A stretch of DNA of 64,000 bases from Selaginella moellendorffii. Lineage: Eukaryota; Plantae; Lycopodiophyta. Location of the stretch: the NCBI RefSeq assembly GCF_000143415.4, contig NW_003314389.1:44158-108157 (forward strand), written 5' to 3'. The notes under the pieces were generated by a model. The model saw only the letters and a program-made list of their open reading frames with translations, searched no databases and had not been told where the DNA came from. Position numbers and translations under genes: made by a program. Positions within the stretch are counted from its first letter, which is position 1. Every line of letters begins with the position of its first letter. Positions 36,861 through 47,423 of this stretch are shown here, in pieces.

Positions 36861-38323
36861 TGTAAGCAACCAAAGGGAACGACTTGAGAAACGATCCATG
36901 GGGTTTAAATATAGAGGGAAAGAGCCCATGAAAAAGAGTGCACCCCCTCTTTTCCAATCGGTTAAGGGTCTTGGGATATTTGGGGTTAAGTGTCCTTGGG
37001 TTTGAATAGTACTGAGCTGGGTGACCTCCCGGGAAGTCCAAACTCAGGAGCTTACATTTGGTATCAGAGCGGTCTCAGGTCCGACTCTGTTGGTTGGCTA
37101 GGGGAATCACACCACATGTTGATTGACATCTGGCTGGTCCAGTTTGCTCCTCCTGGGCTCGACCCGAGGGGTAGGGTGTCAAGAGAGCGGGGCTCTCGAG
37201 AGAGCTGCGGCTCTCAGCTTCCATTCACGAGGGCGTGAACTTGCAGGGAAGCGTGGTGGATTGTAAGCAACCAAAGGGAACGACTTGAGAGACGATCCAT
37301 GGGGTTCAAATATAGAGGGAAAGGGCCCATGAACAAGAGTGCACCCTCTTTTCCAATCGGTTAAGGGTCTTGGGATATTTGGGGTTAAGTGTCCTTGGGT
37401 TTGAATAGTACTGGGCTGGGTGACCTCCCAGGAAGTCCAAACTCAGGAGCTTACATTTGGTATCGGAGCGGTCTCAGGTCCGACTCTGTTGGTTAGCTAG
37501 GGGAATCACACCACATGTTGATTGACATCTGGCTGGTCTAGTTTGCTCCTCCTGGGCTCGACCCGAGGGGTAGGGTGTCAAGAGAGCGGGGCTCTCGGGA
37601 GAGCTGTGGCTCTCAGCTTCCATTCACGAGGGCGTGAACTTGCAGGGAAGCGTGGTGGATTGTAAGCAACCAAAGGGAACGACTTGAGAGACGATCCATG
37701 GGGTTCAAATATAGAGGGAAAAGGCCCATGAACAAGAGTGCACCCTCTTTTCCAATCGGTTAAGGGTCTTGGGATATTTGGGGTTAAGTGTCCTTGGGTT
37801 TGAATAGTACTGGGCTGGGTGACCTCTCGGGAAGTCCAAACTCAGGAGCTTACATTTGGTATCAGAGCGGTCTCAGGTCCGACTTTGTTGGTTGGCTAAG
37901 GGAATCACACCACATGTTAATTGACATCTAGCTGGTCCAGTTTGCTCCCGCTGGGCTCGACTTGAGGGGTAGGGTGTCAAGAGAGCGGGGCTCTTGGGAG
38001 AGCTGCAGCTCTCAGCTTCCGTTCACGAGGCCCGAGGGGTAGGGTGTCAAGAGAGTGGGGCTCTCGGGAGAGCTGCAACTCTCAGCTTCCATTCACGAGG
38101 GCGTGAACTTGCAGGGAAGCGTGGTGGATTGTAAGCAACCAAAGGGAACGACTTGAGAGACGATCCATGGGGTTCAACTATAGAGGGAAAGGGCCCATGA
38201 AAAAGAGTGCACCCCTTTTTCCAATCGGTTAAGGGTTTTGGGATATTTGGGGTTAAGCGTCCTTGGGTTTGAATAGTACCGGGCTGGGTGACCTCCCGGG
38301 AAGTCCAAACTCAGGAGCTTACA
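36861..38323 (+). mobile_element. Tandem array of Cassandra TRIM (4 LTRs, 3 internal domains) with 5S-rRNA-derived sequence in each LTR
   Basis: TSD GTTCG at 36856-36860 and 38324-38328. LTRs at 36861-37056, 37262-37455, 37661-37854, 38130-38323; Met-type PBS (TGGTATCAGAGC/TGGTATCGGAGC) after LTRs 1-3. Each LTR contains GTTAAG(T/C)GTCCTTGGG...TAGTACTGGGCTGGGTGACCTCCCGGGAAGTCC, matching the plant 5S rRNA A-box/IE/C-box region. Confidence 0.93.
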
Positions 38324-38504
38324 GTTCGTTCCTTTCTTGGTTTGGCAGGATACTATCGCAAGTTTGTCCACAATTTTGCAAGAATTGCTCTTCCATTGAC
38401 AGAGTTAACAAAGAGTAATATTTCGTTTCATTAGACAGCAGCTTGTCAAAGTGCTTTTGTATAGTTGAAGGAGATCTTGACTACAGTTCCTATTCTCAGG
38501 ATCC

Positions 38505-38699
38505 TGTAAGCAACCAAAAGAAATGACTCGAGAAACAATCCGTTGGGGTTCAAATATAGAAGGAAAGGGCCCATGAACAAGAGTGCACCCCCTTTTCCAA
38601 TCGGTTAAGGGTCTTGGGATACTTGGAGTTAAGAGTCCTTGGGTTTGAATAGTACTGGGCTGGGTGACCTCCCGGGAAGTCCAAATTTAGGAGCTTACA
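38505..38699 (+). mobile_element. Cassandra solo LTR
   Basis: TGTAAGC...GCTTACA with the 5S-like core. TSD GATCC/AATCC (1 mismatch). Interrupts the RNase H of the chromovirus. Confidence 0.88.
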
Positions 38700-41600
38700 A
38701 ATCCTAGATTTTGATAAATCCTTTGAAGTGCATTGTGATGCATCTGGTTATGCTATTGATGCCGTGTTGCAAAAAGAATGTGACAAAGCAGTTGGTGTTA
38801 CGCTAAGGTGACATGGTTGTCTTGTTGCGTTCTATTCCAAGAAATTGGATGAAACCCAACAAAGGTGGCCAACGCATGAGAATGAGATGTTTGCTATAGT
38901 ATCGGCACTGGAACCCTAGAGACACTATCTGGGTAGACACACCAAGGTTTTACAAATAGTAACACACTGAGCTACTTTGCTACGCAGCTTAAGCTTATGC
39001 CAAAGCAGACTCGTTAGCAAGAGAAGCTTGTTAGATATGATATTGAAATCATATATAAACATGGTAAAGACAATATTGTTTCGGATGTATTGAGTCATCA
39101 GGCTTAGTTCTGGGCAATATTGGCAATCAATTCAGAATGGTTAGAGGACATTCAAGCTTTGTATAGAAGTGATCCATCGGCGAAGGCAATCTTGCACCAT
39201 GTAGAGTTGTCGAAGCAAAACCCTAGTAGTGAAGCAGCAAAAGTTGCTAGTAGAACCAGTGTGAGGCTTCACTACTTAGTTCGGGATGGGCCTATATTTT
39301 ATAAACAAGAAAGATTGTATCTTCCCTTTAAGGATCTGCAGTAGTTGTTTCTGCGGGAACATCATGATGTTCCAGCAGCAAGACATGGTGGAAAGCAAAA
39401 GACTCTAGCTTCTTTGAAAAAGGGATTTTTCTGGTCTGTTCTTGTCCTATATGCCAGCAATGTAAATGCAAAGTTGAGAAGCAGGTTGGAAAGTTGTAGT
39501 GCATCCCAGCACCAACATGGCCATTTCAGAGTGTGACACTTGATTTCGTTACATGCTTGCCGAAGTTTAAGGGTTATGATACTTTGATGGTGGTTATGGA
39601 TTGGTTGTTGAAGATTGCACACTTCATTCTAACTATGGAAACAATGAATGTGAAGCAAGCAGCAAAACTCCTTATCCATGAAGTAGTGCGGGTTCGTGGT
39701 CTTCCTGAAGAGATAATCTCGGATAGAGATTTGAGGATTACGGGGAAGTTTTAGGGCATACTATTCCAGCTGTTTGGTAGTAAGTTGAAGTTTAGTATGG
39801 CTTATCATCCTCAAACTAATGGGCAAACCGAATGTGTGAATGCTCAATTTAAGGATTATTTGTGGTACTATGTCGCGATGGACTAACGTGACTAGGTTGA
39901 GCATTTGGATACAGCCAAAATTTGTTATAACAGCATATTTCACAACACTATTGGCTGTTCTCCATGGGAGATATTGCAAAGAAATGCTTGCGGAGTGCCT
40001 CAACAGATTGTTGTACCGAAACCAATGTCTGAAGTGTTGGTCCCGGCCACTGAGACTTATGTGGAGTAGCTATGCCAAGGTTGGTCTAGAGATATTGAGG
40101 CATGGGCAAAACTCAGGATAGGTATCGATGTGATAAGGATCAGCATCGTCGGGATGTAGTGAGGTAATCAGGTATGGCTATCTTCCCGAAACTTGAACAT
40201 TAAGGGATGTTTATCTCGGAAGCTGTTACTGAGGTATGTTAGACCCTTTCAGGTGTTGAAAAGAATTGGTGATATATCCTATCAATTGGATCTGCCTGCG
40301 GAGATGTCTAATGTTCATAATGTATTTCATGCCAATCTATTGGCTTCTTACACAATGGATGTTGCATACCAAGGGGAGATTCGTCCATCGCTAGAAGTTG
40401 TGGATGGTGAACCTGAATACGAAGTTGAAAGCATTCTATCATGTCGCTGGAAACGTGGTGGTCGTTCCAAGGAATACCTAGTCAAGTAGAAAGGTTACCA
40501 ATTTTCTGAATTAACTTGAGAACCTCTTAGTAATCTTACCCATGCTCGTGAGCTTATCACGGAGTATGAGAATAGTATTAAAGACTAGCTTTTGTAAACT
40601 TTGTAATAAATCTTGCAAATCAATAAAGTAATATATTTCTATAAATCAAAGTTTTGTTTCTCTCATTCATTAGTACTTGGGTCAATTTTGGTAGGCTGAC
40701 TTCGGCACTTCAGTGCATGGGTCCAATCCATAACTATAGCGATAACTATTATAGACTAATCACAAGTCCTTATCTCTCTCTTGATGACTCATTTTTTGAA
40801 AGGGGGTGTGGTTGTGTAAACAATTTAATCAGCCAGTTTATAATAGTTGTCTAAATCTTCCCAATGGGGTTGATTTCTTGCTCAAGGGGAGTTGGGCCTT
40901 TGGCTTTCTCCTTATGTCCTAGGTAGGGATGTATCATTCCTTTGTAAGCCGAGTGGTACTTAGAGCAGCAAGGATGGCTAACTCCATTAGTCATTTCCTT
41001 GTCGGTGATGGCCAGAGGGTGTCTGAGTCTTAACGTCTTTGGACATAGAGGAGAGGTCATTCCATAACTCATTTAAGTCGGTGTGTTTCCCACATAGTGT
41101 GCTTTCTGTTAACTTTCAGAGTTGTTTCCTTGATGGTTTGCTAGACTCGGGTATGCATTGACAAGGACGTTGATCTTCCCCAAGGGGGGGAGAGTGTCAC
41201 AAATGTGATTTTAGGTATTAAAAGATACTTGTTGGCCAATCCTTACAGACACTCTTTCCTTACTGCCACAATGGCAGGAGGTCGGTACTGCTAGTCCCTT
41301 TTGTGGTCTCCACCCAAGTTAGTTGAGAAATTAGTCATTGCGTGTGCACTTAACCAAATGAGCATTAGGATGGAATTCCTACTTGCTATTTGTCAAGCAT
41401 ACTTGACCTGGTTAAAGAAACTTATTTGTTGACTTACACTTGCTAGTGTTGCGAATCCCCTCAATATTAAGTCTAGTCCCTTAATATCATTATATGATAG
41501 CTTACCGTGTCTGCCAAACACCCTCGCTATCATACCCTTTGTGTTAGTCTCATTTTGGTCCCCAATGCTATTTATGGAATGTGTCTAGATTCACTCATTT

Positions 41601-44600
41601 GGCATATCTACGAAATGTAGAGATTGACCTGAACACAATGGTATTTTTTATGTGTCCAAATTTGCAATCTAGAGACATTCCATATTTAGTAAGTTTTGAG
41701 CTTGTCCCAAAGACTAACTCCTAGTACTAAAGGAGGCTTGGGGTGAAAGCCTTATCTGATGCCCTCATGATGCCAAATACCACTTCCTGGTGTTTTAGAG
41801 TGTTTGGGTGTCCCAATGATGGCCTTCTTTGATAATGAGCATTTCCTTTATAACATTAACTTACTATATTACAATAATAGTAATTTATCCCCTTATAAAG
41901 GTATCTTTAACTTCTTTATCTTAATAAGAAGTCTTGGGTAGTTACCTTCTTGTGAGACACAAAATCCCTAGGCCCCAAAGTGGAGCCGGAAGGGCGCCAC
42001 GTGGTAGTGGCCGAAGTGAAAGCCAAACGAGTGTAACACGTTTGGACTAAAAGCTCCGACTTGAAAGGTCGAGAGCGGGAGTGGAACTCCCAACAAAGTG
42101 TTCGAGGAACAAGCACAACGCGAGCAATAAGCAAAGCTCCAAAAAGGGACCTAAAAAGACCAACACATGACATGTGGAAGTGTCCGAGATGGAGTCTGAG
42201 ATGGACCCGAGTTGAAGTCCGAGGTGGAGTCCGAGTTGAAGTCCGAGATGGACCGAGACAGAGTCCGAGATGGAGTCCGAGATGGACCAAGACGGAGTCC
42301 GAGATGGTCCGAGACAGAATCCGAGATGGACCGAGACGGAGTCCGAGATGGAGTTTGAGATGGACCGAGACAGAGTCCGAGATGGAGTCTGAGATGGTCC
42401 GAGACGAACTCAGAGATGGACCGAGACGGAGTCTAAGATGGAGTCTGAGCGGAGTCCGAGATGGAGTCCAAGATGGACTGAGATGGAGTCTGAGATGGAG
42501 TCCGACATGGACCCGAGATGGAGTCCGAGATGGACCCAAGATGGAGTCCGAGGTGGAGTCTGAGATGGACTGAGACGGAGTCCAAGATGGAATCCGAGAT
42601 GGAGTCTGAGAAGGACTTGAGATGGAGTTTGAGGTCAAGATCGAGACTGGGACCGAGATCAGGACCGAGACCGAGACCGAGGCCGAGTCCGAGTCTGAGT
42701 CCGAGTCCGAGTCTGAGAGGGTGAAAGCCCAAAGCGTTCGTCTCCCAGACCTTGAGGGGTTTTGTGAGCTCCAAAAGTATAGTAAGGGGGAGGACTGCAG
42801 TGGAGCCAGTTTGGCCCAGGAACGCTATACCCAGTGTTGGGTGATGAGCTACCCACTGGGAAGTCCAAGACTAGAGTGAACACGGACCGACAAGTGGGGT
42901 AACTTAGTGAAGTGTTCAAGAGCCAGCTCTAGTTCCCCCGGGAGATCGACTGGCCAGTGCTCCCAATCCAAGTGTGGGTGGCACTACCTACTTGGATACC
43001 TGGCATGGCTCAATGGAACCTCGCTCTAAGCCCATGGCTAGAGCACCCAAAGGCGGAAGGGAGGGAGAGTACCCACAGGGCTCGCGTAAGGCCGCAGTGT
43101 TCTGAAATGTTACCCCAAAGTCCCAGACTGTGAAAAGGAAGTGGAGCCGTCCTATAGTGTAGAGACCAAGGATACGGTCATGTGAGGAGGAAGTCCCAGA
43201 GGACCGAGGGACTTAGTGGTTGGGCCTGTGGGCCTCGACCCAGTGGTAGTATTGTCGAATACGGCCATGAGTAGAAAGGGACTTGGTGGGGACTGGAAAA
43301 GGAATATTGGGGAAGGCTATTCCCCATGTTTGTAGGCATCCTAAGGATGCTAAGGAGTGGACCTGGGATGATCGCTAATGAACGGATGGCCAGTCTTTGA
43401 GAGACAGGACTATGATGGAGGTGGTGTTAGACCACCGATGTGACCAAGGTGAATGGGCATAGCCTTAACATAACGGGCTGATATGTTGGTGGTACCTTGG
43501 GGTGTCGGTCATGGGATCGGACACATGGAGCACTTGGATTAAGTACAAAGGTTGAGTGGCGGGGATGCCATTCTCAGGGCTAGCAAGCCCAAGTCTGAAA
43601 TAGGACTTATGGAGGTTGTGAGTGAGACTCCTCCAAATGGTCAGAGGTGTGGTTAAGTGACTAAAGTAGAATGGAAAAATTAGTCGCTTACAATTTGGTA
43701 TCAAAACTGTTCCTTAGTCCAACTTTTATTGGTGTTGAAGTATATCATCACTAGTGTTGGCATCGGAAAGTCCTAGGAGTGGGCTTGTCCATGAGGAGTA
43801 GCAAGTCAGGAAGACATGGCTCTCCACTACAGTTCACGTGTGAACTTGCAGGCAAGGTGGTGGATAGAAAAGGGCCAATAATGGAACGACTTTGGGATCT
43901 TGGGAACAGTGTAAGGCTTTCCTTAGAAAGTTGAGGATGTGATCCAGATGAGTGTTTAACGTAGGCAACTGGCTAATGTAGTTGTGGTAAACAACTATAG
44001 TTGGGATCACGTGAAAGATAGAGACTCCAAAGCAATAAAGGAGTCACAAGATTATCCTCATATAGTTGAGGTTGGTTCTCATGAATGTGAGACCAGAAGT
44101 AATGACCGCGAGAGGTCAAATATGGAAAAGGACACAAGTCCTTGAAATGGTAGCTAGAACTACCTTTAATAAATGCTGGAACAACCCAAAGAGTTGGGGG
44201 TGTACTTAGAGATGAGTTGGTATTCTCATCACATGGACAAGTAGTCCTAAGGGGCAAAGGTTGGCCCCAAAAAACAAAATGAAGTGTCAAAGTAACACTT
44301 GCAAAATGGTCTTTATGAATAGGACATGAATACAAGAAGTTGTATTCCAATGAGCTGGCACCTCAAAAGTAAGACCTTATAGGTCGGGGGATTAGGAAAA
44401 GTCCAAAATGCTGAATGACTAAGTGGAGTCAAGGAATGGTCCTAAAGGACAAATGGAAGCATTTGGACTGAGGTGTGTTGTGCCCCACGGAGGATGAGGA
44501 GGATTATAAGGATCCAAGTATGAAAATAGAGGGTATCTCATTGATAGCAGAATGTGCCATACTAAAGTCATGGGAAAGGTGTTCTCCAAAAGAAAGCAAC

Positions 44601-45182
44601 TTTGGCATAGAGTTGTGTGTGAACACTATGGTGCAGTGCTAACAGATAGTTGGCATGAGAAACGATTGCTTTGGTCTTTGGAGAAGGGAGAAAAAGACAA
44701 GCTCGAGGATTCAAGCTTAGGAAAGTAAACTTGAGAGGTTCAAGGTTAGGACTATATTCCTAACCTTGACGTGAGCAATAGCGACTATAAAAGTAGGACT
44801 TAGAATGTTTTTAGACTTATCCCTAATACAAAATACATTGCAATACATCGTCTTTTTGCCTATCTCTTCGGCTCTTCACAGCAATGTCTTACTTACCCAC
44901 CGCCTTCAAGGGATCAAAGGCGTGGGACTAGCACCTTCAAGCACTTGTTCACAGTCTCAACTTGGCTTGGCACAAGCAGGTAAGTGCATTCTTCTTGTAG
45001 TGTAGTTTTAGATTTAGGGACTAGATTAGATTTGAATCTCCTAGGAAGATCTCGTGTGGACGTTTTCCTCCCAGTCCAGAGAGTCCAGGAGTTTTCACTG
45101 GCGACCACGGTGGGATAGAGCAGATCAAGACGATCATTTTCCCCAAAACTTCAAGGAAAACGGACCAAAGACGCTCAAGAAA

Positions 45183-45929
45183 ATGGCATAGGAAGAAAAA
45201 GCCCCAAAAATCAAGAAAAACAAGACCGTAAAACAAAACAAAAAAAAAGGTGGAAGAGCATGAAGGAATGAAGAAAAAAAATGGAGCGTAAGACCAAAAG
45301 ATGAAGAACACTTGAAGATTGAAGCCACCCAAGTCGTGGAAAACTTGGAGCGTACGCGTAACTGTTTTTGGCGAGAGGTTGAAGAAAGCAAATATTCCAA
45401 GAATCTGCGAGAAGGAAACGACCAAGGGAAAATTCTAGCAGCTGGAGATGGAGGAAGAATGAAAAAGCACGACTGCCCATTTGGAGACACAAGCTGTACA
45501 AGATACGAGGACTGCCTTTTGTGTGGTTTCAGAAATTGTGCAAAACCGTACAAGCAATGCTATCCAAAATGGCGATGTAACACTTGCAAGCAAGCAAAAG
45601 CTAGACTCCGAATCAAGGATGAAAATGCCATAGTGGAGGAGAGAAGAAAACGAGAAGAAATAGCCCAAGAAAACGACACTAAAAAGAGAGACGATAGTTT
45701 AGAACAAGCAGCGAAACAAAGCTTTAGTTGCTTACAAAAACTTCAAGAAACGATTCTGCGACTCTTCTACAAATTGTCTAGCAGATAGGAAGGATGCAAA
45801 AATGAGGAAATGTTGAAAGAAAAATATGTTTACTTCGATTTCTTTGCAACTCGAAGAATCCTGACTTGGGTGTATCGCGAACACCTTTCAACAAACAATT
45901 GTCGAATTCCTAGGCATACACAAACATGA
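45183..45929 (+). pseudogene. Accessory ORF1 of the Gag-only element: Lys-rich N-terminus, Cys cluster, coiled coil
   Basis: ATG 45183 is in frame with ORF 45312-45788. In-frame stops TAG 45189, TGA 45261 and TAG 45786 are all one C>T away from Gln/Arg codons. Contains HDCPFGDTSCTRYEDCLLCGFRNC..C....CNTC. Confidence 0.55.
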
Positions 45930-46638
45930 AACGTTTCAACCATTAACGCTTGCTTTCAACACTGATTTGACGAGAGTCATAGCAGCAACAGAGTGTGGTA
46001 CCTTTGAACCACAAGTTCGTTGGTTTGTGGACACTCTTAGATTTAGAGATTTTGAAGAGAACGCGGAATTACTTTACCGACTTCTTCAAAGTCCTCTTCG
46101 TGTAACGCTACCAACAAGCACTCTTATCGAACTATATACTATAGCATATTGGCACCGTTTAGGACGGATGAGAATAGCTGGGGAATTAAGAAATCAAGGA
46201 CAAGGCCATCAACAAAATCGAATCCGGAATTCGAGATTAAGAAACCGACGGGACCCTGAACTTGAGACAAGTTCAAGCGAACGACTTGGAAACTCGAGGA
46301 TAACAAGTCGAAGGAGAAGAAATTTAAGACAGGATCACAATAGGCCAAGATTAAATACAGTACCGAACTTCAACTTTGACACTGAGGTCCAACGCCGAAA
46401 CCCCAGCCTAGAGCAACATATCACTCACAACCAACAAGGAAGAGTGCGTCCAAGCAGTCTCTACATATTGAGGAGTATTTTAGGAGATCCTGCATCAAGG
46501 ATTCATACTTATTATGCAAGAGTATTAATTGAGACTATCCCTCCGGAAGTTCGTGAAGCAATCGACTCTGATCGTTCAAGAGAACGTGCTATACAACTGA
46601 GGGAAGTAGGACACCACCGGCAAGCACATCATCTTTGA
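45826..46638 (+). pseudogene. Accessory ORF2 of the Gag-only element (Arg-rich central region), unknown function
   Basis: ATG 45826 is in frame with the 223-aa ORF 45967-46638, with one TGA at 45862. Confidence 0.5.
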
Positions 46639-46639
46639 G

Positions 46640-47347
46640 ATGCACCATCACGAAATTGATCATAGAGAAAATTGCGCTGGATAAACCCGCGCACACATAG
46701 GCTTAAAGCAGCAAAAATCTGTTGGAAACTATATTGTGACGTGTGAACGTCATTAGAGACTAGAAACATACAAGAATTAGGACATTAAAATACAACTACT
46801 GCTGTATTCAGCATTTTCAAATACTACCAACGACTGGGAAACACAAACACTCATAGTGAGAGCTCGCATTCCAGTACGACCAAGATATTGTAAGAGACCA
46901 AAACAATTGTTCAAGAATTTAGATAAGATTGGACTCCTAAAGAGAGTTGCAATCGTTTGCATAGCTGCTCGATCCCAAACTTGGAGAGCAGCACCAAATA
47001 TCACTAGCAAACAGCTATATCGATCAATTTATGACACAACCGACCTCCTTCCACAAACAAAATCGTACTTACATACACCACCAGATTTTTCAAATACAAG
47101 ACCTTTTCTGAGCTAGATACAGGAAAGTGATCTCGAAAAGAAACTCGGGAAGAATCGAGAAAGAAAAAAAAACTCGATTGAAGACTCAAGACACAAGAGC
47201 TTGACTTCGTATTTATACAACAAAATCACACTTGCAGAAGACTCAAGACACAAGAGCTTGACTTCGTATTTATACAACAAAACCAAACTTGCAACAGACT
47301 CAAGACGTAAGAGCTTGATTTTGCAATCTATGAAGAACAACATTTGA
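46640..47347 (+). pseudogene. Accessory ORF3 of the Gag-only element, with an in-frame 57-bp (19-aa) tandem repeat
   Basis: ATG lies 1 nt after the ORF2 stop and is in frame with ORF 46856-47116. Stops TAA 46682, TAG 46754, TAG 46778, TAG 47114. Repeat EDSRHKSLTSYLYNK.. at 47180-47325. Confidence 0.45.
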
Positions 47348-47423
47348 CTCAAGACAATTTAGGCAACACATAAATTCAGGAAACTTACCTCAACATTCAC
47401 GTTGAGAAGACTCAGCAAATTGA

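Larger units (their letters stand above)
33779..41751 (+). mobile_element. Decayed chromodomain-containing Ty3/gypsy element (chromovirus) with family-B-type LTRs
   Basis: Partial 5' LTR to 34054 and PBS TGGTATCAGAG at 34057. Gag with CFHCGESGHRSSEC, protease VMIDMGAMHS, RT (KKDGTMRMCIDY, YPLPRIDDL, IDDVLVF), RNase H (VHCDASGYAI), integrase (TLDFVT, HPQTNGQTE), chromodomain EYEVESILSCRW..EYLVK*KGY..LT*EP (40415-40580). PPT at 41182-41194; truncated 3' LTR 41195-41751. Many stops. Confidence 0.9.

Noticed and set aside
36975-37040. 5S rRNA gene array
   Set aside because: Only the internal ~60 nt resemble 5S. They sit inside TG...CA LTRs with PBS and TSD, which makes this Cassandra, not rDNA.
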